Shown: in pieces, positions 1-7,787 of the stretch | Layout of the letters: every line of letters starts with the position of its first letter | Numbering within the stretch: position 1 is the stretch's first letter | From: a virus | Reading direction: 5' to 3' (one strand) | Virus record (IMG/VR): IMGVR_UViG_3300009370_000002 | Length of the DNA: 64,000 nt | The notes under the pieces: model-generated | The model's input: the letters and a program-made list of their open reading frames with translations, nothing else | Databases searched by the model: none | What the model was told of the DNA's origin: nothing | Translations under genes and position numbers: made by a program

Positions 1-1
1 C

Positions 2-3000
2 GTCCTTCAAAGAGTCAAGATGAGAGATTAATATTACAGTCTTGAATTGATTCTTAATGATTCGTAAAAGATTTGTAAAACCTTCCATATGTTCTTGGTC
101 TAAAGCCGTAGCAGGTTCATCAAGTATAAATAGTTCGCTTTTTGGCAAATTTGTTATTGAAATCAAAGCTAAACGTATTGCCATCGATGCAAGTGTCTTT
201 TCTGCTCCTGAGCCCATTGATAGTGGGCGAGGATCATAGTATGGGTGCTTGATGTTTATATCGAGCTTATCACCGCTTGATTCAAAGAACACTTCAAACT
301 CCACAATATTGCTGAGTATCTTTGCTATCTCTTCATTAAGAAGAGGGAGCTTTTGCTTAATGATGTTGTAGGGTATGCCGTTAGGATGCATACACTGCAT
401 AAATAAGTCATATGCAACCCACTCTTCCTCGATAGTCTCAAGCTCTTTCTTGTTTGCCTGTAGTGACTTGAGGGTTGCTTGTGCTGCTCCTTGTTCGACA
501 AGAAACTTGGTTATCTTATCTTGACACTTATCGTATTGTTCCTTCTTCTGTCTTACTGTTTTTTCTATAGCGGTTCGTTCTCGAATTAAAGTCCCAAGAT
601 TTTCGATAGCCTCTCGGTTGTCTTCATACTCTTCTACCTTGGCATCAAGTTCAGCAATTTCATTAACCAACAGTTTAACTTTGTTTTGGTTTGAAGTGAG
701 AGTTAGGCTCCTTGTCTCAATCAGTCTTTGAGCCTTCTCAATCTGAACTTGATAATCATGATACTCAGTCATCCTGATATCGACAGTTTGTATGTCTAGG
801 GCGTCGAAATCGCTTATTAAATCAGCTTTCATGCTCTCAAGGTGCCCTAGCCTAGCTTTAACATTTGGAAGCGATTTTTCGGCGTTTTTGGCGTCCTTAA
901 CAAACTTGTTATCAGAGCAGTATTTACAATTCGGATCATACTTGTGGTTGTGAAGCATGTTGATTTTGTCCACCAAGTTGTTGCGGTCTTGCAACAGCGT
1001 AGATGCTGTATCTCTAATCCTGGCTATGTCGTTCTTTATTTCGTTTGCCTCTTCCTTAATGGAGAGCAAATCCTCCATGTCAATCTTCTTGACATTTTCT
1101 TGACAACTTTCTAATGACTCCTTCGCAGATTGTATTTCTGCTTCAATATTTGTGTTGTTTTGCAAGAGCATTGTGCGGCTTCTTGATTTTTGATTTATTG
1201 TCTTATTGACACCATCTATATCAATTATTTCAGCAGGTATGCTATCAATCTTATTGACAACTTCAGATAACTCCTGTAGAAGCTCTTCTTTGCGAACTTG
1301 CATGATGGAACAAATATTTCTTTGTTTCTCAATATCTTCAGCTACCTCTTCAAGAATTTCAACATTCTTTTGAATCTCCTTATCCCAAGGCTTCTCATTT
1401 AGCTTTTTAATAAGCCCTTTCATTTCTGCTGCATCTTTTTTGGCAAGCTTAAACTTCTTATCAAACACTTGCAAATCAAGAAACTTCGCAAGAATCTCTT
1501 TGCGCTTTGTCACGCCCTCTTTAACAAAGGAGAGAGAGTCAAGCTGGGATGACATGGATGTCAATAAGAAATCCTCCATTGTCCCAAACCGTTTGCGGAT
1601 ATTAGCATCCGTTTGATTTCTGGTTGTGCCATTCATACTTTCATCTTCGGAAATTAGCGAAAAGTCTAAATCGACTTTTGCCTCGATGGTTTCCTTTCCT
1701 CGCAATCGCTTTTTGTATTTCTCAAGGTTGCGGCATACTTGGTACGTCTTATCTCCGATATCAATTTGAACTTTACCCTTGGCTCTCTCTCGATTTTGGT
1801 TAATTACGTGGACGTTTTTCCTTTCACCTTTTGATGTTGAATTAAACAACGTGAATAAGAGGCTATCAATAATGCTAGACTTTCCGGAGTAATTACGGCC
1901 GAAGATTCCAACAAGTCCTCTGAGGTTTTCGAAGTTGACACTGTTTTTTTCACTATAGTTGAACAGGTTGTCCCATTCGAGCTTTTTGATTTTCCAAATA
2001 ACATTTCTTGATATCTCCTCGCCTTGTTCGGCTAAAATGTTATACTTTTTATTGTATTCGAGTACTTTGTCTATTACGGAGGTTTGAAGCTCCATTTCCG
2101 ATAAGTAGTCACGTATATGCTTTTCTTGCACAGATATATTTCTTAAGTTTTCTGAAATAACACTATTGGCATAATTTCCATCATCATGATGAGAGTGGGA
2201 CTCCTTCCCATTAAGAGTTGTAACCGAAAACGGATTCCATCTTGCTTCAGCAATTGCTCTTGCCTTTCTAAGCTTATCTGACGGGAGATTCGTTCTTGAT
2301 ACTATTCTTAAGCGGCAGTTCCTAGGGGCATGGGCGTCATCAGGGAATGATCCATCCTTATTAAGCCTGACGGTGATGAATGGCCTGGGATTAGATATAT
2401 GAACACTCTTGACATTAAAATCATCTTTGTTCTGTATCTTCCACAAAAGGTAGCCCTTTTGGGGAGACTCTGAAAACTTCTGTTGAATTGTGGAACCACA
2501 ATACCGAACTCTACCCTCAGTGTCTAACGATTGTTGTCTGTGGATGTCGCCGAGCATTGTGTAATCAAAATCTCTGAAAATTGAAATATCATCGTCTCCA
2601 ACATCCATTGTCCAATTCGCCCCTGTCTTAGAGCCTGCTATTGCTCCATGATAAAGAGCAACATTAACTTTGTGCGCCTGTGTTGGCTTTATCCAGTTGC
2701 CTCTGTCAAAGATTGACAACACGTTGAGACACAAACCATCATCAATGTGAATTTCACCAGAGTCCTTCATAAGGTGAAGCCTAGGGTGATTTAGTGCATT
2801 AACTATTGGCGTAAGGGCATCCTGCCTACTGTCGTTCTTAAGGTTGCCATCATGGTTTCCGAGAATGACATATGTCGGAGCTATGTTTGCCAAAGACGAC
2901 AAAAACTCAGCGCAAAGTTGAAAGTACTCTGGGCTGAGTTGTGTTTTTGTGTGGGCGATGTCGCCGCAATGAACAATGCAATCAGGTTGCTCTGCTACTA

Positions 3001-3094
3001 AGGACTCATACAAATTGCGAAATGCAATTCTGTATTCATCGTGATATTTCAAATTGCGAATATGAGTATCCGCCAAGTGTGCTATTGTATACAT
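2..3094 (-). CDS. SbcD(Mre11) nuclease-SbcC(Rad50) ATPase fusion protein, >1031 aa, runs off the window edge (not in ORF track)
   Basis: Translated by hand from ATG 3094: MYTIAHLADTH, HCGDIAH, LGNHDGN, LYHG and GDIH (metallophosphoesterase). The same frame continues into WKIKKLEWDNLFNY..GIFGRNYSGKSS (Walker A), the CKYC zinc hook (~916-928), LSMGSGAEK signature, FILDEP Walker B, ALD and ISH. Frame checked at 3094, ~1990 and the window start. Confidence 0.9.
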   Translation of the reverse strand, partial: MYTIAHLADTHIRNLKYHDEYRIAFRNLYESLVAEQPDCIVHCGDIAHTKTQLSPEYFQLCAEFLSSLANIAPTYVILGNHDGNLKNDSRQDALTPIVNALNHPRLHLMKDSGEIHIDDGLCLNVLSIFDRGNWIKPTQAHKVNVALYHGAIAGSKTGANWTMDVGDDDISIFRDFDYTMLGDIHRQQSLDTEGRVRYCGSTIQQKFSESPQKGYLLWKIQNKDDFNVKSVHISNPRPFITVRLNKDGSFPDDAHAPRNCRLRIVSRTNLPSDKLRKARAIAEARWNPFSVTTLNGKESHSHHDDGNYANSVISENLRNISVQEKHIRDYLSEMELQTSVIDKVLEYNKKYNILAEQGEEISRNVIWKIKKLEWDNLFNYSEKNSVNFENLRGLVGIFGRNYSGKSSIIDSLLFTLFNSTSKGERKNVHVINQNRERAKGKVQIDIGDKTYQVCRNLEKYKKRLRGKETIEAKVDLDFSLISEDESMNGTTRNQTDANIRKRFGTMEDFLLTSMSSQLDSLSFVKEGVTKRKEILAKFLDLQVFDKKFKLAKKDAAEMKGLIKKLNEKPWDKEIQKNVEILEEVAEDIEKQRNICSIMQVRKEELLQELSEVVNKIDSIPAEIIDIDGVNKTINQKSRSRTMLLQNNTNIEAEIQSAKESLESCQENVKKIDMEDLLSIKEEANEIKNDIARIRDTASTLLQDRNNLVDKINMLHNHKYDPNCKYCSDNKFVKDAKNAEKSLPNVKARLGHLESMKADLISDFDALDIQTVDIRMTEYHDYQVQIEKAQRLIETRSLTLTSNQNKVKLLVNEIAELDAKVEEYEDNREAIENLGTLIRERTAIEKTVRQKKEQYDKCQDKITKFLVEQGAAQATLKSLQANKKELETIEEEWVAYDLFMQCMHPNGIPYNIIKQKLPLLNEEIAKILSNIVEFEVFFESSGDKLDINIKHPYYDPRPLSMGSGAEKTLASMAIRLALISITNLPKSELFILDEPATALDQEHMEGFTNLLRIIKNQFKTVILISHLDSLKD

Positions 3095-3282
3095 TAATCC
3101 TCCGGGTTAAGTTTCTTTTCCATCATGTTCATGGTTCGCTTTATTATTGGAAGCGCGCCCTTAAGAACATGATAGTGCTCTTCATTATCCAATATCGCCA
3201 TCGTCATCATTATTATCTGGCGATATATGCCTTTCAGTTTCATATAGTCTCGTTCCAAGTACTCTTTGTCTTTATTCATCAT
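3094..3282 (-). CDS. Hypothetical protein, 62 aa
   Basis: ORF coupled on both sides (ATGA and TAATG overlaps). Confidence 0.65.
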   Translation of the reverse strand: MMNKDKEYLERDYMKLKGIYRQIIMMTMAILDNEEHYHVLKGALPIIKRTMNMMEKKLNPED

Positions 3283-3500
3283 GCCTCCCTGAAGATTCTT
3301 ATATAACCTTCCATTGTTGTTATGCCACCAACATGGTAGCCCAAATCATATTGGTTGATTATCTTTGATACAATCGTTTTTAATCGGCTTGAGTTGCCTG
3401 TTATAATTTTCATTTCCTTACCCCAATTGGTATTGATAAACTTATGGCATTTGTGTGGTACGTCTTCATATCTCACGCCATGTAAGTCCAATTCATTCAC
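3279..3500 (-). CDS. Hypothetical protein, 73 aa
   Basis: ATGA overlap with the primase stop, GGAG Shine-Dalgarno. Confidence 0.7.
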   Translation of the reverse strand: MNELDLHGVRYEDVPHKCHKFINTNWGKEMKIITGNSSRLKTIVSKIINQYDLGYHVGGITTMEGYIRIFREA

Positions 3501-4435
3501 ATTATTCTCCTTAGCTCATCCATCAAGAAATAGTCATCATGGTCAATTGCTTGAGCCATCTGTTTTCGAGACAAAAAAGTACGTAGCGGCATTTCGGCGA
3601 TGTCCTCAAAGCCACTCGTATCAATCTTATAGAGTTCTATATCATAGTATAACATATTTTTGATGATTTGTCCAGTCTTTTTTTCAGCATCTTTGTCAAA
3701 TGCCATGTAGACTGGTGTATCGTTGAGGGCAATAGCTTGGAATAGTTTTGTCTTGTCTCGGAGAGTTGAGCCCAGAACGGGGATAGCGTTTTCCCCAGCC
3801 GCTATGGCATCAAAAACGCCTTCTACGAGAGTGATGGGCTCATCCCAGTCTACGTGGAGTTCGTTGAAAATAATGTCCTTCTCAGCCGGGGGGTTGAGGT
3901 ATCTCCACTTATGTCCAACATAGGAACGAGCGATGAAATAATTCACATCTCCGTTGTTATTGAAGGAGGGGATGATGATCCTGCCTCCATATCTACCCTC
4001 TGCACAATAGCCAATCTTCCATCGGAGAATCTCCTTCTTTGTGATGTCTCTGCTCTTGAGATAATCGAGAGCTTTCTTGGATGAACGAGGCAGATGTTTG
4101 TTGCAGAGCGAGATAAACTCCTCGGGGAGAGGAACCGTCTGTTCTTCCTCTATGTTATTGATTTCATTGAAGATTTCGTCAAACTCTGATAAGTCGAGTC
4201 TACCTTCAAGTTCAAGCCACTTCTGTCTCTGCTGGTATGATCCGAATTTGCGAACGATACGATAAGCGTTCTTGCCTCGCCTGTCGCAAACCCAACAATG
4301 CCAACCTCGCTTGAGATTGATTGCAAGCTTCTTCTTGTGATGATTGCAATACGGACAATGATAGTAGAGTTCTCCACCTTGAGGGGTGTTGGGCCTTCCA
4401 AGAATGTCCGATAATATTCTAATCTTTTGTTCCAT
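3497..4435 (-). CDS. DnaG-type DNA primase (zinc finger + TOPRIM)
   Basis: CPYCNH..CWVC zinc finger, YLKSR-x-I..W-x-IGY, GRIIIP, TOPRIM LVEGVFDA and FDKDAE. Confidence 0.9.
   Translation of the reverse strand: MEQKIRILSDILGRPNTPQGGELYYHCPYCNHHKKKLAINLKRGWHCWVCDRRGKNAYRIVRKFGSYQQRQKWLELEGRLDLSEFDEIFNEINNIEEEQTVPLPEEFISLCNKHLPRSSKKALDYLKSRDITKKEILRWKIGYCAEGRYGGRIIIPSFNNNGDVNYFIARSYVGHKWRYLNPPAEKDIIFNELHVDWDEPITLVEGVFDAIAAGENAIPVLGSTLRDKTKLFQAIALNDTPVYMAFDKDAEKKTGQIIKNMLYYDIELYKIDTSGFEDIAEMPLRTFLSRKQMAQAIDHDDYFLMDELRRIM
3646..3674 (-). promoter_or_regulatory. Candidate sigma70-type promoter inside the primase gene (TGGACA-N17-TATACT, extended -10 TG)
   Basis: Shares AAAAATATGTTATA with the promoter at 7788-7816. 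Would drive the SbcCD fusion and the two small ORFs upstream of it. Confidence 0.4.
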
Positions 4436-4604
4436 TTATCACCTCCAAGTTTTCCACTCGTACTATTTCAACTCTTCCATCTGTCATAAGAACATAAGCC
4501 GCCACACAATACACAACATCCTGTATCTCTGTAACTATACCAATACGGCCATCATTCCCGTTGGGAACCCACTGATCACATTTTACCAAATCACCTATCT
4601 TCAC
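4419..4604 (-). CDS. MKIGDLV-family small SH3/KOW-like protein (array member 12), 61 aa
   Basis: GTG start after GGAGGTGAT. MKIGDLVKC..GRIGIV..NLEVING. Confidence 0.8.
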   Translation of the reverse strand: MKIGDLVKCDQWVPNGNDGRIGIVTEIQDVVYCVAAYVLMTDGRVEIVRVENLEVINGTKD

Positions 4605-4987
4605 TTATCACCTCCATCCGGTTCTTTTTCTACTCTATAGAAGGCAACAACATCATAAATATCGTTGCATGTCTGACCGTGTGCATATGCAATACCTCGC
4701 CAATTGCAATCGCCTACATCTGTGTCTGGGTGGCAATCTCTTTTGATTTCGCCCATAGAAGTCTCAACCCAACAATCTAGATGATCGACATCACATTGCA
4801 CCGCACTAATAGTTACTGATGCGCCCGGATAACCCTCCTCTGCCATTTCTTCATACTCTTCACATTCCCAAGTAACGTCTGATATATATACTGCTTCATA
4901 ACCTGGATGGTATGAAGACGTAGGAATATAGAACCCTTCACATGATGATAGTACCAATGATGCTATAATATATTTATCTATTTTCAT
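4601..4987 (-). CDS. Putative lipoprotein, Cys-rich and acidic, 128 aa
   Basis: N-terminus MKIDKYIIASLVLSSC resembles a lipobox, GGAGG SD. Confidence 0.65.
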   Translation of the reverse strand: MKIDKYIIASLVLSSCEGFYIPTSSYHPGYEAVYISDVTWECEEYEEMAEEGYPGASVTISAVQCDVDHLDCWVETSMGEIKRDCHPDTDVGDCNWRGIAYAHGQTCNDIYDVVAFYRVEKEPDGGDK

Positions 4988-5196
4988 TTTTTCCTCCCAA
5001 CTGCGATTACGTCACCCTCTTTGCACTTACGAGAGTAGACATGTATTGTCGTGGGCGAGTACTTATGAAACAAAGAATCATAAATCTCGATTGTGCATAC
5101 GCCCTTTTCTGCTTTGTCTACTGTTCCTATGATTGTGTATTCAACCTTGGGCTTTGAGTGCGCCAAGCATCCCACAAATAATAATATGTTAATCAT
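4984..5196 (-). CDS. Small exported/lipoprotein-like hypothetical protein, 70 aa
   Basis: MINILLFVGC N-terminus, GGAGGTGAT SD, ATGA overlap. Confidence 0.6.
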   Translation of the reverse strand: MINILLFVGCLAHSKPKVEYTIIGTVDKAEKGVCTIEIYDSLFHKYSPTTIHVYSRKCKEGDVIAVGRKK

Positions 5197-5383
5197 TTAT
5201 CACCTCCAAATCTTGACCAAACTTGAATACTGTGCCGCCATCGGCAATCCAATAAACCTTCCAACCATATTCTCGTGAACGAGCAATGATGACTCCAACT
5301 CGGTTTTCAACCTCTTGGGGGCTGTACTCGACATTTTTCCATTTCTTCCTTAGTTTTACCAAATCACCGATTTTCATTTTCAA
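5189..5383 (-). CDS. MKIGDLV-family protein (member 11), 64 aa
   Basis: MKMKIGDLVKL..VGVII..VYW..DLEVIND. Confidence 0.8.
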   Translation of the reverse strand: MKMKIGDLVKLRKKWKNVEYSPQEVENRVGVIIARSREYGWKVYWIADGGTVFKFGQDLEVIND

Positions 5384-5537
5384 AATAACCCCCCGTAACC
5401 ACCTCTAAGTTGGTAAAGTAAGTCCACTTAATATTAGCGGTTTCCGACTCATAAATATGTATCACATGTCCGTCTATAGCCACAACTATGCCAATGGCAT
5501 TACTGCGTTTCCAGCGCACTAAATCACCCACCTTCAT
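5364..5537 (-). CDS. MKIGDLV-family protein (member 10), 57 aa (not in ORF track)
   Basis: Translated by hand: MKVGDLVRWKRSNAIGIVVAIDGHVIHIYESETANIKWTYFTNLEVVTGGYFENENR*. GGAGG SD. Confidence 0.8.
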   Translation of the reverse strand: MKVGDLVRWKRSNAIGIVVAIDGHVIHIYESETANIKWTYFTNLEVVTGGYFENENR

Positions 5538-5709
5538 TGACTACCTCCAAATATTCTATTTTGTATTTTGAGTGCCCTCCGTGGCACCAAACAACCCAAA
5601 CTATTTCATCTATATGGGTGCCGCCCTGTCTTGGCCAATGTTCCCTTCTTGATGTCACCACACCAATCCTATGGAAATACTTACACCTTACTAAGTCTCC
5701 GATTTTCAT
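5524..5709 (-). CDS. MKIGDLV-family protein (member 9), 61 aa
   Basis: MKIGDLVRC..IGVV..VVW..YLEVVNEGG. Confidence 0.8.
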   Translation of the reverse strand: MKIGDLVRCKYFHRIGVVTSRREHWPRQGGTHIDEIVWVVWCHGGHSKYKIEYLEVVNEGG

Positions 5710-5863
5710 TTATCTTCTCCATGTGCTTTTCAGGCGCCATTATCATTATAAGATTTTCAATCATGGCAATCACCCACCACCTTGTATCTCTATCACGAAT
5801 ACTATACTTATTTAATATAATAGCATAACCACCATTATAACGAACCAAATCACCGATTTTCAC
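5681..5863 (-). CDS. MKIGDLV-family protein (member 8), 60 aa
   Basis: GTG start, MKIGDLVRY..MEKINENRR. Confidence 0.8.
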   Translation of the reverse strand: MKIGDLVRYNGGYAIILNKYSIRDRDTRWWVIAMIENLIMIMAPEKHMEKINENRRLSKV

Positions 5864-6032
5864 AGTATGCCTCCAAATGATATACCTGTTCCCACTCTAC
5901 GGTACCAGCACTAAACCAATAAACCTTAATAAACTTAATCCACCTTGAGTCAAGCTGGAGTATTATACCGCAACCATGATAAAGCTCGTTATCGTTTCGA
6001 GCACATACCAAATCACCAACTTCAAACTTCAC
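5850..6032 (-). CDS. MKIGDLV-family protein (member 7), 60 aa (start revised from 6080)
   Basis: GTG AAG TTT GAA GTT GGT GAT TTG: MKFEVGDLVC..CGII..VYW..HLEAYCENR. Confidence 0.75.
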   Translation of the reverse strand: MKFEVGDLVCARNDNELYHGCGIILQLDSRWIKFIKVYWFSAGTVEWEQVYHLEAYCENR

Positions 6033-6177
6033 CAACCAATTCCAAGCACTGTTCAAGGACAATGGACTCTCTGCCATCATCCCACTCTACCAATATCCAC
6101 CAAACGCTATGCCTGAAGACTGGCCCTTTAGATATTCCAATACCATCTTTGAACTTTACTCTGGTTCCCACTTTCAT
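6022..6177 (-). CDS. MKIGDLV-family protein (member 6), 51 aa (start revised from 6237)
   Basis: GGAGG SD before ATG 6177. MKVGTRVKF..VEW..CLELVGEV. Confidence 0.75.
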   Translation of the reverse strand: MKVGTRVKFKDGIGISKGPVFRHSVWWILVEWDDGRESIVLEQCLELVGEV

Positions 6178-6197
6178 ATTCTTCCTCCGATAAATTG

Positions 6198-6225
6198 AAT
6201 ATAACACGTTTAGAGATTCTGTCAA
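6198..6225 (-). promoter_or_regulatory. Sigma70-type promoter within the array (TTGACA-N16-TATATT, TG extended -10)
   Basis: Lies in the only gap between consecutive genes of the array, directly upstream of SD+ATG 6177. Confidence 0.6.
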
Positions 6226-6226
6226 A

Positions 6227-6439
6227 TTAATTTCCAACCAGCACTAACCATTTTTCTGCATATGGTTTTGTTTCATTCGTGGCTGGGAAATGTATATCCC
6301 ACATAACAGCGCCCCTATCATATGTAACCTCAAGTATTTCCCTCCAGCCCAATTGCCTCACGATTATGCCTACTTCATCTGGTTCATATGAGAATACTGC
6401 CACTCTCACCAAATCCCCCAATTTAAACTTCGGCTTCAT
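6227..6439 (-). CDS. MKIGDLV-family protein (member 5), 70 aa
   Basis: MKPKFKLGDLVRV..VGIIV..WLVLVGN. Confidence 0.78.
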   Translation of the reverse strand: MKPKFKLGDLVRVAVFSYEPDEVGIIVRQLGWREILEVTYDRGAVMWDIHFPATNETKPYAEKWLVLVGN

Positions 6440-6578
6440 ATGGCTCTAGATTCAAAACCCACTCACTCTTTGTTGTGCCATCCAACTGCAAAACATACCA
6501 GACTTTTTTGGCAACCTTTCGAATTAAAACCACCGGCTGTCTTTCTATCATTGTCTGTACCAGATCACCTACTTTCAT
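6423..6578 (-). CDS. MKIGDLV-family protein (member 4), 51 aa (not in ORF track)
   Basis: Translated by hand: MKVGDLVQTMIERQPVVLIRKVAKKVWYVLQLDGTTKSEWVLNLEPYEAEV*. Confidence 0.78.
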   Translation of the reverse strand: MKVGDLVQTMIERQPVVLIRKVAKKVWYVLQLDGTTKSEWVLNLEPYEAEV

Positions 6579-6729
6579 GCACTACCTCCAAATTGGAAAT
6601 TGGTTCCATATAAATATATTCTTTTCCTGCCCACAATACTTCCACAAGACACTCGCTTATTACCCCAACAACCAACCCAAAAGCTATATGGCTATCTGAG
6701 GCAAAGCGAACCAAATCACCGACCTTCAT
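6565..6729 (-). CDS. MKIGDLV-family protein (member 3), 54 aa (not in ORF track)
   Basis: Translated by hand: MKVGDLVRFASDSHIAFGLVVGVISECLVEVLWAGKEYIYMEPISNLEVVHESR*. Confidence 0.8.
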   Translation of the reverse strand: MKVGDLVRFASDSHIAFGLVVGVISECLVEVLWAGKEYIYMEPISNLEVVHESR

Positions 6730-6883
6730 TGATTACCTTTAAGTATTTTTTTTCTTCAAACTCTGTTTGTGGCTTGTCACCAGGCTTCCATTTAACAACG
6801 ACGATTTCGCCCATCAAGTGTACAATTTCGCCTGTTCCAAGGGCGGGTCTCCATTTCCTTATAACTTTATCTCCGATTTTCAT
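6716..6883 (-). CDS. MKIGDLV-family protein (member 2), 55 aa (not in ORF track)
   Basis: Translated by hand: MKIGDKVIRKWRPALGTGEIVHLMGEIVVVKWKPGDKPQTEFEEKKYLKVINEGR*. Confidence 0.8.
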   Translation of the reverse strand: MKIGDKVIRKWRPALGTGEIVHLMGEIVVVKWKPGDKPQTEFEEKKYLKVINEGR

Positions 6884-7064
6884 TTACCACCTCCAAATCT
6901 TCTATTCTAACGTTTTGAATTGCGTTATAGTCTATCCAATGCACTGTGGCATATTTTTTGTCTATTATTGCGATAACTGTCCCGTATCCATACATTAACT
7001 CTGGTGCCTTGTATGGGCTGGCGTCTATTACCAATGAGCCAACTTTTATGGTGTCTTCTTTCAT
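6867..7064 (-). CDS. MKIGDLV-family protein (member 1), 65 aa
   Basis: IKVGSLV..GTVI..VHW..DLEVVNENRR. Confidence 0.75.
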   Translation of the reverse strand: MKEDTIKVGSLVIDASPYKAPELMYGYGTVIAIIDKKYATVHWIDYNAIQNVRIEDLEVVNENRR

Positions 7065-7090
7065 ATAACATAGTATGAAATGAATGTCAA
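7062..7090 (-). promoter_or_regulatory. Promoter-like motif at the head of the array (TTGACA-N17-TATATG)
   Basis: Same ATTTGACA..TGTTATA frame as the neighbouring promoters, but the -10 box is imperfect and overlaps ATG 7064. Confidence 0.35.
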
Positions 7091-7091
7091 A

Positions 7092-7250
7092 TTATTTTGA
7101 TTGATTTAAATAATTATTAAAGCAAACATAAGTAAACACACCACTCAAGGCACACCAAAACCAACTTGAAGTTGCAAATGCAAACCAAAAAAAATAAAAG
7201 TTAAGTACGGCACAAAACAAACTTACCCATTTACTGTTTAAAAAATTCAT
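7092..7250 (-). CDS. Small hydrophobic membrane protein, 52 aa (not in ORF track)
   Basis: MNFLNSKWVSLFCAVLNFYFFWFAFATSSWFWCALSGVFTYVCFNNYLNQSK*. AAGGAG SD, ATGA overlap with the RuvC stop. Confidence 0.7.
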   Translation of the reverse strand: MNFLNSKWVSLFCAVLNFYFFWFAFATSSWFWCALSGVFTYVCFNNYLNQSK

Positions 7251-7780
7251 CTCGACTCCTTTTCAATAAGTAGTCCTGCTCTGGCAATAACAACAGAATC
7301 TGCCATATCATCGGTTCCAGGCTTGGGGTTTCCATATCTTGTATACTCAACAACAAAATCTTTTGGATACTGATTCTGCGCCCATTCAATGACTTTGAGC
7401 TTTGTATTTTCACCCCTCTTTATTTTCAAACCAACTAACCCACGGGCTTTGTTTGCCGCTATCAATGTTGCCGAAGTTCCATACAGGTTTCGTACCATCC
7501 ACGATACCATACCATTAAAACGCTGGAGTTTTGCCATTGTCATTGCAGTTGTCTTCCCTCCAGAAAACATTATGAATGGTGCCTCAATATATATTTCTTT
7601 TATATAATATTTGTTATAATTAATTTGCAAATATCTCTCTAATTCAAAACATCTATCTTCTAATGTGCCTTTAGAGTTTAGTTTAATTACTTGACAATCA
7701 AGTAAGTCTGCGTTAGAATTCAGTATGGTTATGCCAACCTTGCTTGTACTAACATCCAAGCCTAAAATAGTTTCTTTCAT
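7247..7780 (-). CDS. RuvC-like Holliday junction resolvase
   Basis: ILGLDVSTSKVG, IYIEAPF and DDMADSVVIA acidic catalytic motifs. Confidence 0.85.
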   Translation of the reverse strand: MKETILGLDVSTSKVGITILNSNADLLDCQVIKLNSKGTLEDRCFELERYLQINYNKYYIKEIYIEAPFIMFSGGKTTAMTMAKLQRFNGMVSWMVRNLYGTSATLIAANKARGLVGLKIKRGENTKLKVIEWAQNQYPKDFVVEYTRYGNPKPGTDDMADSVVIARAGLLIEKESR

Positions 7781-7787
7781 AACTTAC

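Larger units (their letters stand above)
4419..7064 (-). repeat. Tandem array of 12 paralogous mini-genes with a recurring overlapping junction (approximate consensus TTGGAGGTRRTAAATGAAARTCGGTGATTTGGT)
   Basis: Junction copies of varying fidelity near 4435, 4604, 5196, 5537, 5709, 5863, 6032, 6578, 6729 and 6883. One frame encodes LEV(I/V)NE(N/G)R*, the other MK(I/V)GDLV. Confidence 0.85.

Noticed and set aside
4419-7064. Array junctions as CRISPR repeats or integron attC sites
   Set aside because: The repeats are degenerate and protein-coding, the intervening segments are ~150-200 nt ORFs, there is no palindromic repeat or GTTRRRY/RYYYAAC pairing, and no cas or integrase gene is present.
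4419-7064. Diversity-generating retroelement as the source of array variation
   Set aside because: No reverse transcriptase in the window and no near-identical TR/VR pair differing at adenines. Members differ in length and throughout their sequence.
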